This document shows positions 18,175-27,228 of a stretch of DNA of 64,000 bases, in pieces. A program made the translations under genes and the position numbers. Source of the DNA: a virus. The notes below the pieces were generated by a model. It ran no database searches and was not told the origin of the DNA. It saw nothing but the letters and a program-made list of their open reading frames with translations. Position 1 is the stretch's first letter. Each line of letters begins with the position of its first letter. Where the stretch lies: the IMG/VR virus record IMGVR_UViG_3300020419_001305, positions 14,285 to 78,284 of that record. One strand, given 5' to 3'.

Positions 18175-18889
18175 CGGTTGGCAATTTCCTTCCGGCTTTA
18201 AAACTATGAATGATATAAAATTTATAAGCCACGACAAGCATGTACTAAAGCATTTTCCTATTGTACCTGCTAAAGATTGCTTACCTAAATGGTATGCTAA
18301 ATTAAAAGCCAACGAACCTAACATATCAAAATGTATGCCAGTACGTGATATGATCACTGCTGGTTACATTATTCCTAATCCCACTGAACAAGTAGTAGGA
18401 TTATTAACGGAAGATGATATTCAAAACCCTGATGTTGTATATCCTGTGGAAATAGCAGGAAAATTTTTTACATCTTTAAATTATATGACTGCCCCTAATG
18501 CTTTTCATACTCATGACCAATGTCCTGTAAAAATTGATGGAGCAAAAAAGTCATATTACAAAATTAAATTACCTTGGAAGATTATAACTCCTAAAGGTTA
18601 TAGCACTTTATTTTTACAACCTTTTTACGAGTTCCAAAAAGATTTCGTTATGATGCCTGCTATAATAGATACAGACTTGTATGATCATAGTAATTTAATA
18701 TTTCCTTGTTACTTTAATAAGGATGTCGACCTAGCCCCTGGACAACCGTTAGTTCAGTGTATTCCTTTCAAACGTGATGAATGGAAACATTCGTTATCAC
18801 ACCAAGAAGAAGAAAAGTCTAGTAAGATGAATTTGTTTCTTCACAACATGTATAAGAGAGCTTTTCATCAGAAAAAGACTTTCAAATAA
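18167..18889 (+). CDS. Hypothetical protein (DUF6065-like)
   Basis: KCMPVRDMITAGYII, PWKIITPKGYS, GQPLVQCIPFKR. Confidence 0.65.
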   Translation: MNNGWQFPSGFKTMNDIKFISHDKHVLKHFPIVPAKDCLPKWYAKLKANEPNISKCMPVRDMITAGYIIPNPTEQVVGLLTEDDIQNPDVVYPVEIAGKFFTSLNYMTAPNAFHTHDQCPVKIDGAKKSYYKIKLPWKIITPKGYSTLFLQPFYEFQKDFVMMPAIIDTDLYDHSNLIFPCYFNKDVDLAPGQPLVQCIPFKRDEWKHSLSHQEEEKSSKMNLFLHNMYKRAFHQKKTFK

Positions 18890-18945
18890 ATTGACTTTTA
18901 TATATAATGACTATATACTAAAAAAAATAGACAGTTGGAGATACC

Positions 18946-20220
18946 ATGGCAAAGAAAAGAAAAGGTAATATTTTCAAAACAAAAGCGACTGAACCTAAAT
19001 GGGATGATAGTAAAGACCTGACAGGTGAACAGTATAGCAGACGTATGCACGCCGCCCAAGAACACTATAGGATGGATTTTAAGTCTGACGCTTATAAGAG
19101 ATGGATATTAGAATATTGTAAAACATCTGAGAAATGGAAGGACCATGTCAAGACAATATCAAAGAATAGAGATGGTGAATTTAGAAGTACACTAGGAGGC
19201 TTATGTAGACTTGCTAACTTAGGTTGTCCTGACTACCATAAACCTTATGCTGACTACTGGTTGACTTTAGCAGGCACTATGGGCGAAGTAGAACCACGTT
19301 CAGTTATTATAGATAAATGGATGCAAGAGCTAGTAGACTCTGGAAGTAGAATCGTAGAAACAGAAGACAAGAAAAAAGAAGCAGAAAAGAAAAAGGGTAA
19401 TGTATACAAACCTAGTATACAAGAAAGAATTAAAGAACAAGCGAACACTCAATCTGAAGCAATTGAAGATTGGTTAGATAAATGGACTAATGATCCTAAG
19501 AAATTTAAAAAAGATGACTTCAAGTTTAGCAAACATTTTATAGCCTATAAGGTTACACAGGCTCATGCTAGGGTAATGCTTACATGGTATGAACCAGTGG
19601 CCACTGAATTACATGAAGTGCTTAATCCACCTACTAAGGCTGAGTTTAATAGAATGACCGAAAAGGAACAAGATTATTCTGAACAGCTGATAGAAGGTTA
19701 TTCAATATACGATAAAAAGGATTTACATAACTTATACGAAGGTTATGCTAATCTAATAGGTGCTTTAAATATGCTTATTGATATGGCAAAAGCAAGTAGG
19801 AAAACAAGGAAACGTGTACCCAAAAGTAAAGACAAACTAATACAAAAATTAAAATATAAAGTATCAGACGATAAGTTTAAAGTAGCAAGTATTAATCCAA
19901 TCGAGATAATAGGATGTAACGAGCTATGGGTGTTTAATGTAAAAACACGTAAGATAGGAAAATACGTTGCGAGTCAAATAGATCCTTTGAAGCAAGAACG
20001 TGAAGGATCAGGTTTAAGTGTCAAAGGCACAACCATTACAGGATTTAAAGAATCACAAAGTGTTCAAAAAACAATTAGAAAGCCAGACGAAAAGCTGAAA
20101 GAATTTCATGACGCAGGTAAGGTAAAACTTAGAACTTATTTAGAGGATATAAACGCAGTTGAGATCAAGCTCAACGGTAGGGTAAATGCCGAAACTATTC
20201 TTCTTAAGGCAGTAAGATAA
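18946..20220 (+). CDS. Hypothetical phage protein
   Basis: 424-aa basic ORF; TTGACT promoter at 18891; SD GGAG. Confidence 0.8.
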   Translation: MAKKRKGNIFKTKATEPKWDDSKDLTGEQYSRRMHAAQEHYRMDFKSDAYKRWILEYCKTSEKWKDHVKTISKNRDGEFRSTLGGLCRLANLGCPDYHKPYADYWLTLAGTMGEVEPRSVIIDKWMQELVDSGSRIVETEDKKKEAEKKKGNVYKPSIQERIKEQANTQSEAIEDWLDKWTNDPKKFKKDDFKFSKHFIAYKVTQAHARVMLTWYEPVATELHEVLNPPTKAEFNRMTEKEQDYSEQLIEGYSIYDKKDLHNLYEGYANLIGALNMLIDMAKASRKTRKRVPKSKDKLIQKLKYKVSDDKFKVASINPIEIIGCNELWVFNVKTRKIGKYVASQIDPLKQEREGSGLSVKGTTITGFKESQSVQKTIRKPDEKLKEFHDAGKVKLRTYLEDINAVEIKLNGRVNAETILLKAVR

Positions 20221-20228
20221 ATACTTGC

Positions 20229-21293
20229 ATGGATCAGATAACAAACATACGAGAAGGTCTTGCTAAACTTACATCAGCATTAGAGACCATTGTAACAATT
20301 GACACACCAGCAACACCAGATGCTACAATTAATAGTATCAGCGGTAATGCTATACATGGTGGTAAAATTACGTTACTTAGAAGCACAGGTATTAGAGATC
20401 AAGCAAGTAGAACATCTTTACTAGTTGAAGATGATAAAATTACTGTTGGTAGCGCCGACATTGATAGTGTAGTAGGCGATTTGACTGTAGAAGATAATCT
20501 TACTATAGGAGGAGAACTTACTGCTAAAACATTGAGAGTAGCAGAAACATTTACTGATCAAAAACATAATAGTTCATTAGATTTCCAAGTAGAAGGAGAT
20601 ACACGTTTAATAGGATTACAGTGGCGTAAAAAAGGCGAAGCTACTAAACAAATTGTATGGCGTGATGACAGATTTTATATAAGCAACAACGTAGACTTAC
20701 ACAGAGATGCTTCATATAACATAGATAATATTCCAGTAATTAAACTAGATTCATTAGGTCCTACAATTAAAAAAAGTGATCTATCAAGTGTAGGAAGACT
20801 ACAAAATTTACAAACAGATGGCGACCTTACAATTGATGATTACATTTTTTATGAAAGTGGTACAAGTAGACTAGGTATAGGAACAGAAGCACCAAATGGT
20901 TCTTTAAGTGTTTCTAGTAACGAAGCAGAATTTATTGTAGATCCAGACTTTGATCATCTTAGAGTAGGTGCTTGGACAACAAGTAAAATGTCTTTGATTA
21001 CAGATAATAAAGAAAGAATTGTAATAAAACAACACGGCGGAGTTGAAGTAAAAGACAAATTAGGAGTCAATGTTTCTTATCCGGGTGAAGATGTAGATTT
21101 AGAAGTTAAAGGTAATATAAGATTCAACGCCAAGAAGTTTACAGTTGGCGAATTTCCTCCCACAGAAGGCAATTATAATTTGGGAGATATACAGTATGAT
21201 ACAAATCCAAGACAAGGTGGATTTATTGGATGGGTTTGTATTATTCCAGGTAATCCTGGTACATGGAAGGGCTTTGGAGCGATAGAAAAATAA
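20229..21293 (+). CDS. Probable virion fibre-type protein
   Basis: Beta-repeat shaft motifs (RLGIGTEAP), C-terminal G.Y..GD..GWVC..G.PGTW; TAAATA 5 nt before ATG. Confidence 0.65.
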   Translation: MDQITNIREGLAKLTSALETIVTIDTPATPDATINSISGNAIHGGKITLLRSTGIRDQASRTSLLVEDDKITVGSADIDSVVGDLTVEDNLTIGGELTAKTLRVAETFTDQKHNSSLDFQVEGDTRLIGLQWRKKGEATKQIVWRDDRFYISNNVDLHRDASYNIDNIPVIKLDSLGPTIKKSDLSSVGRLQNLQTDGDLTIDDYIFYESGTSRLGIGTEAPNGSLSVSSNEAEFIVDPDFDHLRVGAWTTSKMSLITDNKERIVIKQHGGVEVKDKLGVNVSYPGEDVDLEVKGNIRFNAKKFTVGEFPPTEGNYNLGDIQYDTNPRQGGFIGWVCIIPGNPGTWKGFGAIEK

Positions 21294-21709
21294 TGACAAA
21301 ACTTTTTAATATTGACAATCAAGCTATTTCTGAAATAAAGTCAGGATTAAGCGATCTTTCAAATTGGATTTTAACAATGGAAAGATTGGCAGGCACATCT
21401 AATTCAAAACTTTCAATAGACGCGAAAGGAAGATTAAATGTTGCTGGCAAAGAAGATACTATAATCCACGGTAAGCTCGGAGTTGGAGTTGATACCGTAC
21501 CAAATGATGTAGCTATAGAAACAAGTCTACCAGTTAGATTTCAAGGAAAAAAATTCGAAGTAAATAATGATGTTCCAAAGACTGGACTATACAACAAAGG
21601 TGATATGATATGGAATGACAACCCTGTGCCAAACGGTACACTTGGTTGGATCTGTATTAGAACAGGCACACCTGGAGAGTGGCGCACATTTGGGATGATT
21701 GGTGGATGA
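21293..21709 (+). CDS. Short paralogue of the preceding protein's C-terminal part
   Basis: GLYNKGDMIWNDNP..GWICIRTGTPGEW. Confidence 0.7.
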   Translation: MTKLFNIDNQAISEIKSGLSDLSNWILTMERLAGTSNSKLSIDAKGRLNVAGKEDTIIHGKLGVGVDTVPNDVAIETSLPVRFQGKKFEVNNDVPKTGLYNKGDMIWNDNPVPNGTLGWICIRTGTPGEWRTFGMIGG

Positions 21710-22041
21710 CAGATTACAAAAAAGTAAATAAACATGTAAACATATGGTACATGTTAGGACGAGTAGCGCCTTTTGGTGCCTTGTTTATAATCTGTGTTAT
21801 GTTGATGTTTGATCTTAATACATATCTAGAATACGTTTTATTAGCAGTAGCAATCTTTTTTGCCCTTTTCGCATTTACATGGTGGTGGTGGGTATTGGAT
21901 ACTGTAAAGCAACTTTTCGCTATGATGGAAATGACACATAAAAAATTCGACGATGTTCTAGGTGAACTAACCAGAGTGAAACGAGACCTGAATGATAGTA
22001 ATTGGGAACGGTCAAAGTCGGAAAAAAATAAACCTAAATAA
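21706..22041 (+). CDS. Two-TM membrane protein
   Basis: Two hydrophobic helices, WWWW motif. Confidence 0.7.
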   Translation: MTDYKKVNKHVNIWYMLGRVAPFGALFIICVMLMFDLNTYLEYVLLAVAIFFALFAFTWWWWVLDTVKQLFAMMEMTHKKFDDVLGELTRVKRDLNDSNWERSKSEKNKPK

Positions 22042-22561
22042 TTATCACGAAGAAAAAATTGGTTGTAATGCGATCATTAGAGATCTCCATGTCAATCATT
22101 TAGTTTGTTGTGATAAGAAAATGGTTAAGCAGGCTCTTAGTCAAAACTATTCTCCTATATACACAAGACACAGATGGGTATCCGATTTTCCTATGGAACA
22201 AGTTATAGCACTTCCCAACCTACCTTATAAAGGTGACAAACGGCAAGATGATCCGTTTAATTGGGGTAGCGGTCCATATGCTATGTTGTTGGCAACTACT
22301 TTGTCTAAATATATAAAAGTTGTAGGATTTGATCTTTATGGTACTAAAGATGGAAATATCAACAATGTATATGCTAGTACAGATGGATATAAAAATTTAC
22401 TTGACGAAGCAGTTGATTGGTCATATTGGGTTTATCAAATAGCAAAAATTATTGAATATAATCCAGACATAACATTTCATTTTTACAATTTGGAGGACTG
22501 GAAATGTCCAAAACAATGGAATTTTAAAAATATAAAGGTTGACAATATTACAAAATTATAA
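21992..22561 (+). CDS. Glycosyltransferase-like (sialyltransferase/DUF115-type) protein
   Basis: VIGNGQSR, IGCNAIIRD, GSGPYA, VVGFDLYG. Confidence 0.55.
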   Translation: MIVIGNGQSRKKINLNNYHEEKIGCNAIIRDLHVNHLVCCDKKMVKQALSQNYSPIYTRHRWVSDFPMEQVIALPNLPYKGDKRQDDPFNWGSGPYAMLLATTLSKYIKVVGFDLYGTKDGNINNVYASTDGYKNLLDEAVDWSYWVYQIAKIIEYNPDITFHFYNLEDWKCPKQWNFKNIKVDNITKL

Positions 22562-22591
22562 TATAATGTAATAAACTTGGAAAGGTAAACT

Positions 22592-23041
22592 ATGGGAAAA
22601 TACTATTCTACTAAAACTTATGGACACAACATTGGATTGAGTGCTGTATTTAGACAGCCAAATGCTGATCATAGTCATTGTCATTTGTTACATGGATATA
22701 GCTTACAATTTAAATTTACATTTGGTTGTGATAAACTAGATAACAAGAACTGGGCTGTTGACTTTGGTGGCCTAAAGCCTTTGAAGGCTTGGCTAGAAGA
22801 TAACTTCGATCATAAATTATGTTTAGATAATAACGATCCGCACATAGGAAAATTTAAAGAACTTGAAGCATTGGATTTAGCTGAGCTTAGAATGTTTGAT
22901 GGTGTAGGCGCTGAAAAATTTGCCGAACACGCATTTAACTTCGCAGATGAATTAATTAGAAAACATACAAATAATAGATGTTACGTGGTAAAAGTCGAGT
23001 GTGCCGAGCATGGTGCTAATTCTGCTATATATGAGAAATAA
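22592..23041 (+). CDS. queD: 6-carboxytetrahydropterin synthase/PTPS-like (QueD-like)
   Basis: HCHLLHGYS, VDFGGLK, FDHKL, GAEKFA, ECAEH; TTGACA-N17-TATAAT at 22539. Confidence 0.75.
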   Translation: MGKYYSTKTYGHNIGLSAVFRQPNADHSHCHLLHGYSLQFKFTFGCDKLDNKNWAVDFGGLKPLKAWLEDNFDHKLCLDNNDPHIGKFKELEALDLAELRMFDGVGAEKFAEHAFNFADELIRKHTNNRCYVVKVECAEHGANSAIYEK

Positions 23042-23055
23042 GGCATCCATGTACA

Positions 23056-23937
23056 ATGGCAAAAGTAGATAAATCTAAATATACAAAAGAACAATGGAAG
23101 ATCGTTAGAGAGCAGAGGCGAAGGCAAAAAGCACTTGATCGATCTAAAAAGGCACAAAAGGTTTCTGTAGACGCAAAAGATACAGAAAGAACAATTAAAG
23201 TAGCAGTTAATGAGCCGGCCACAGATAACCGTTCAAATTATATCGTTTGTTTAAAACACGGCACAAAGTATGGTCCGGAGTATGTTAATAACCTATACAA
23301 CATGGTTAAAAGGCATTGTACTGTTCCTTTCGAATTTGTTTGCTTTACAGACGACATTAGAAACATTAACCAAGATATAAAAACAATAACACTAAAAGAA
23401 ATAGGTGTAAGTGGATGGTGGTATAAGCCTATCTTCTTTGATAAAAATTTTCCTTTGAATGGCAACATATTATATTTTGATTTAGATGTTGTAGTTCACA
23501 AAAACATAGATAACCTTTTTACATACAATCCAGGAAAGTTTTTAATTTGTAGAGATTTTAATAGAAGTATAAGACATGACTGGAATAGAATGAACAGTAG
23601 TGTATTTAGATTAGTATCCGGTTCATTGCCTCATGTATATGATGACTTTATGGAAAATGCTCCTATGAACATGCGTAGATTTCATGGAGACCAAGATTGG
23701 ATTTATGAAATGTTAAAGGATAGAAAAAGTTTATGGTTGTTTTGGCCTGATGAATGGATCAGAAGTTATAAATGGGAAATGAGAGATCGATCCCATTTAG
23801 ATAGAATTGGCGGCATAAGAAATTTCAAAGTGAAAGCAGAACCATTGGTACACAACTTATGTAATGTAGCAGTCTTTCACGGAGAACCTCACCCTCATCA
23901 GGTTGAAGATGATTGGGTAAAGGAGAATTGGAGATGA
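23056..23937 (+). CDS. Glycosyltransferase (GT-A fold)
   Basis: VCLKHGTKY, FVCFTD, YFDLDVV (DxD), NSSVF, GDQDWI, VFHGEPHPH. Confidence 0.8.
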   Translation: MAKVDKSKYTKEQWKIVREQRRRQKALDRSKKAQKVSVDAKDTERTIKVAVNEPATDNRSNYIVCLKHGTKYGPEYVNNLYNMVKRHCTVPFEFVCFTDDIRNINQDIKTITLKEIGVSGWWYKPIFFDKNFPLNGNILYFDLDVVVHKNIDNLFTYNPGKFLICRDFNRSIRHDWNRMNSSVFRLVSGSLPHVYDDFMENAPMNMRRFHGDQDWIYEMLKDRKSLWLFWPDEWIRSYKWEMRDRSHLDRIGGIRNFKVKAEPLVHNLCNVAVFHGEPHPHQVEDDWVKENWR

Positions 23938-24104
23938 TTAGGATATGGCATTATTGGTGTAAAGCAATGGGTAGTAGAGCTTATGATAATGACCGAAAAG
24001 ACGATCATGTACATAATATAATTAGAACATTTTGGTTCTTATTACACATAGTTACTTGTTGTATGATTATAGCTGGTAACGGAAGGATGTTGAATATATG
24101 GTAG
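23934..24104 (+). CDS. Small membrane protein
   Basis: SD AGGAG/GGAG; WCKAMG motif, one TM. Confidence 0.65.
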   Translation: MIRIWHYWCKAMGSRAYDNDRKDDHVHNIIRTFWFLLHIVTCCMIIAGNGRMLNIW

Positions 24105-24808
24105 ATAAATTTATTTTTGATGTGGACGGAACACTCACACCTAGTAGACGGCAAATAGATGATGACTTTGCCGTTTTCTTTTCAGACTTCTGTGCTGAAA
24201 ATGATGTATATCTTGTTACTGGAAGTGATAGAGAAAAAACAATCGAACAGGTTGGAGAAGAAATATACAGTCTTGCTGATAGAGTTTACAACTGTTCTGG
24301 AAGTGATGTCTGGGAAGGAAATGTAAATGTTTATACAAGCGACTGGCAAATACCAGAAGAAGCAGAAAAATGGCTCAAGGGAGAATGTAGGTGTAGTGAA
24401 TTTCCTCTAAGGACAGGATTACATATTGAGAAAAGACCAGGTATGGTAAATTTCAGTGTTGTTGGTAGGAATGCTACAATGGGAGAACGTCAACTTTATG
24501 TTGAATGGGATACTAAAGAAAATGAACGAATTAAAATAGCTAAAGAATTCCAAAAGTTTTTTCCTGCTATCCAGGCAGTGGTAGGTGGTGATACTGGAAT
24601 TGATATTTTTCCGTATGGAAAAGATAAGGCCCAAATTATAAATGACTTTAATGAATTAGATGATACTTTACACTTTTTTGGAGATAGAATGGATCCTGCT
24701 GGAAATGATTATCCACTTAAGAAAGTAATACTTGACAACGATCTTGGTGTATGCTACAATGTAGAAGGTTGGAAACACACATGGAAGTTATTAAAAAAAC
24801 ATGACTAA
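24098..24808 (+). CDS. HAD-IIB hydrolase, eukaryote-type phosphomannomutase-like
   Basis: FDVDGTLTPSR, VTGSD, IEKRPGMVNFS, GGDTGIDI, DKA, FFGDRMDPAGNDY. Confidence 0.85.
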   Translation: MVDKFIFDVDGTLTPSRRQIDDDFAVFFSDFCAENDVYLVTGSDREKTIEQVGEEIYSLADRVYNCSGSDVWEGNVNVYTSDWQIPEEAEKWLKGECRCSEFPLRTGLHIEKRPGMVNFSVVGRNATMGERQLYVEWDTKENERIKIAKEFQKFFPAIQAVVGGDTGIDIFPYGKDKAQIINDFNELDDTLHFFGDRMDPAGNDYPLKKVILDNDLGVCYNVEGWKHTWKLLKKHD

Positions 24809-25832
24809 ACGTATAGGATTCGCATGTAAATACATGCACGAGAATCAAAACCAAAAAAAGAAAATATTAGAAGAAATACAAAGACCTTTGAATACAAGGT
24901 CAACAACTGTTGCTTGGTTAAATAGACAAACAAAAGAAGTAGCAGAAGAAAGATTATGGGATATTTGTAAACATAATATCCAATCATATTATAACTTGAT
25001 AAAGTATGTAGGAGGATTGCCACATGAGTTACGAATGGTTAGACTTGGTTCCGATGTATTGCCTGTTTATACTGAGCCTACTTGGGGCTATTTCTGGAAG
25101 TTACCTGATGTACGTAAATATTGCGAACAGGCTTTGGCACCAGTCGGTAAGTTGGCTCGCGATCTTGATGTACGCCTTAGTATGCACCCTGGTCAGTTTA
25201 CTGTCCTTGCTAGTGCTAGTGACGATATAGTTGAAAGAAGTATAGAGGAGTTTGAATATCATGTTGATGTCGCCAGATGGATGGGCTTCGGCCAGCAATT
25301 CCAAGATTTTAAGATCAATGTCCACATCTCCGGCCGTAAGGGTCCAGCCGGTATCCTCGACATCCACCCAAGATTATCTCCGGAGGCGAGAAACACAATT
25401 ACAATCGAGAACGACGAAAACTCGTGGGGGCTTGACGCAAGTCTTGAACTTGGACACAAACTCGCTTTGGTCCTCGACATACACCATCACTGGGTCAAAA
25501 CAGGTGAGTATATTAACCCCTCCGACGATAGATTTTCTCGCGTGATAGATAGCTGGCGTGGTGTACGTCCTGTTATACACTATTCTGTTTCTAGAGAAGA
25601 TTATCTTGTAGATTTTGATCCTAATACAAAACCCGTAATGGATACACTATTGCTTGAAGGTTACAAAAAACAAAAACTAAGAGCCCATAGTGATTTTATG
25701 TGGAACAACTCAGTCAATGATTGGGCATTAAGTTTTTGGGAACACGCAGATATTATGGTAGAGAGCAAGGCTAAAAACCTAGCTAGTGAGAAGTTATTTC
25801 AACACTGGATGTCAACCACGCAACACTACTAA
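24801..25832 (+). CDS. uvsE: UV damage endonuclease
   Basis: RIGFAC, VRLSMHPGQFTVL, IENDE, LVLDIHHHW, PVIHYS, RAHSD, DIMVESKAK. Confidence 0.92.
   Translation: MTKRIGFACKYMHENQNQKKKILEEIQRPLNTRSTTVAWLNRQTKEVAEERLWDICKHNIQSYYNLIKYVGGLPHELRMVRLGSDVLPVYTEPTWGYFWKLPDVRKYCEQALAPVGKLARDLDVRLSMHPGQFTVLASASDDIVERSIEEFEYHVDVARWMGFGQQFQDFKINVHISGRKGPAGILDIHPRLSPEARNTITIENDENSWGLDASLELGHKLALVLDIHHHWVKTGEYINPSDDRFSRVIDSWRGVRPVIHYSVSREDYLVDFDPNTKPVMDTLLLEGYKKQKLRAHSDFMWNNSVNDWALSFWEHADIMVESKAKNLASEKLFQHWMSTTQHY
25024..25230 (+). CDS. Candidate overprinted two-TM protein in +1 frame of uvsE
   Basis: AGGAGG (25010-25015) 8 nt before ATG; two long hydrophobic segments. Confidence 0.45.
   Translation: MSYEWLDLVPMYCLFILSLLGAISGSYLMYVNIANRLWHQSVSWLAILMYALVCTLVSLLSLLVLVTI
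25261..25545 (+). CDS. Candidate overprinted Ser/Thr-rich protein in +1 frame of uvsE
   Basis: AGAGGAG (25244-25250) 10 nt before ATG; coincides with a GC-rich patch. Confidence 0.4.
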   Translation: MLMSPDGWASASNSKILRSMSTSPAVRVQPVSSTSTQDYLRRRETQLQSRTTKTRGGLTQVLNLDTNSLWSSTYTITGSKQVSILTPPTIDFLA

Positions 25833-25839
25833 ATACAGT

Positions 25840-26400
25840 ATGCGTTTTTTAGAAATACAAGACTGCCAAAGAACCAAGGCTAGGACATGTCAATGTAAAG
25901 ATATTGAAAAAATATCTGAAGATGTAGACATTCCGGTGGTAGCAATAAGTGATCTAGAACACTCCGATAAAGTCAAAGGTACTATATTATTCATGCAGAA
26001 GAAAGGTTCTCCTACTCTTATTAAAGGTAAAGTAACAGGATTAGAACCAGGAGCACATGGATTTCATATACACGAGTTCGGAGACCTAAGTCAAGGTTGT
26101 GAATCAGCAGGCGCCCATTATAATCCAGACGGTGTAGATCATGGCGATCTCGAAGATGGACATGTGGGAGATTTAGGAAACATCGAAGCAAACGAAGACG
26201 GCATTGCCGAATTTTCTTTTCCAGCAAAAAGAGTAGAATTGATTGGTGAAAGAAGTATTGTAGGTAGAGCTGTTGTCGTTCACAGTGATGAAGATGATCT
26301 AGGTAAAGGCGGAGACGCAGAAAGCCTTAAGACAGGTAACGCAGGCGACAGGTTAGCTTGTGGTGTTATTACCTTAACAAAAGGAGAAAATAATGATTAA
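25840..26400 (+). CDS. sodC: Cu/Zn superoxide dismutase
   Basis: HGFHIH, GAHYNP, HVGDLGN, GRAVVVH, GNAGDRLACG; start ATG 25840 after TAAATA. Confidence 0.95.
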   Translation: MRFLEIQDCQRTKARTCQCKDIEKISEDVDIPVVAISDLEHSDKVKGTILFMQKKGSPTLIKGKVTGLEPGAHGFHIHEFGDLSQGCESAGAHYNPDGVDHGDLEDGHVGDLGNIEANEDGIAEFSFPAKRVELIGERSIVGRAVVVHSDEDDLGKGGDAESLKTGNAGDRLACGVITLTKGENND

Positions 26401-26557
26401 ATGGTTAAAATCAAGAATCGAAGAACGTACTTCATGGGACGGCGCGGCCTTAATCCTAATGGGAGTTGTAGTTCTTATCGCGGGTCCATTCGCGAAGTTG
26501 GCGGCTTATGCGGCCATTGCCTATGGAATATGGACAATCTGGAAAAAAGAGAACTAA
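26393..26557 (+). CDS. Small membrane protein (54 aa)
   Basis: SD AAGGAG; MIKWLKSRIEERTSWDGAALILMGVVVLIAGPFAKLAAYAAIAYGIWTIWKKEN. Confidence 0.75.
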   Translation: MIKWLKSRIEERTSWDGAALILMGVVVLIAGPFAKLAAYAAIAYGIWTIWKKEN

Positions 26558-26841
26558 AGTTCGTCTATAGTAACTTTGGAATCAACGGGTAAATTTAATT
26601 TATTTCGTTGCTCCACTCCTTTACGTTGAGCAAAACGTTTAGGATCACAGGAAGGGCAAACGTGGACATAATAATCGTCAAGGCGTTTAGGATCTACTTT
26701 GCCCTTTTCTCTTCTAAACTCGTTATGGCACTCGTCACACTGAAAAATGGCATAACTACGTAGACGCTTGTAAGGATGGTTTTTTCCAGATTTACTTTTT
26801 CTAACGTAAAAACGTATTTCTTTTTCTATTCTTATGAACAT
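26554..26841 (-). CDS. Small Zn-finger-like protein
   Basis: CDEC..CPSC; TAAATA 4 nt before ATG on minus strand. Confidence 0.7.
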   Translation of the reverse strand: MFIRIEKEIRFYVRKSKSGKNHPYKRLRSYAIFQCDECHNEFRREKGKVDPKRLDDYYVHVCPSCDPKRFAQRKGVEQRNKLNLPVDSKVTIDEL

Positions 26842-26895
26842 ACTGTATTTATTTACGTTCGGATTATAAAAGATTACATAAATACTAAGGAGCAG

Positions 26896-27225
26896 ATGAT
26901 GTCAAACATTGTATTTTTAACAGATCAAGCTAAAACTCAAATGGTTTCAATGCTTGAAGAACATGCTAAACAGGCAGTAAGACTGTCCTTAAAAGGCGGA
27001 GGTTGTGCTGGCTTTAAATATGATTGGACATTAACTGACGAAGCAGAAAAGGACGATGAGGTTATAGAACTTCCAAAAGGTAAGTTTTTAATTGATCCAG
27101 CTAGTATTATGTACTTGATAGGATCAAAAGTAGATTACAAAAAAGAAGTTTTTGGATCATATTTTTCAATCGAAAATCCAGCTTCAACATCAAGTTGTGG
27201 TTGTGGAGAGAGCATAGGATTTTAA
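26896..27225 (+). CDS. A-type Fe-S cluster carrier (IscA/HesB family)
   Basis: GGGCAGFKY, GSKVDY, NP..SSCGCGES; SD AAGGAG. Confidence 0.9.
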   Translation: MMSNIVFLTDQAKTQMVSMLEEHAKQAVRLSLKGGGCAGFKYDWTLTDEAEKDDEVIELPKGKFLIDPASIMYLIGSKVDYKKEVFGSYFSIENPASTSSCGCGESIGF

Positions 27226-27228
27226 TTA

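Noticed and set aside
25101-25580. Three minus-strand ORFs inside uvsE
   Set aside because: No SD or promoter seen; expected by-product of the GC-rich patch, unlike the +1-frame ORFs
26401-26592. 63-aa + strand ORF
   Set aside because: Wrong frame; the SD-led membrane protein is 26393-26557
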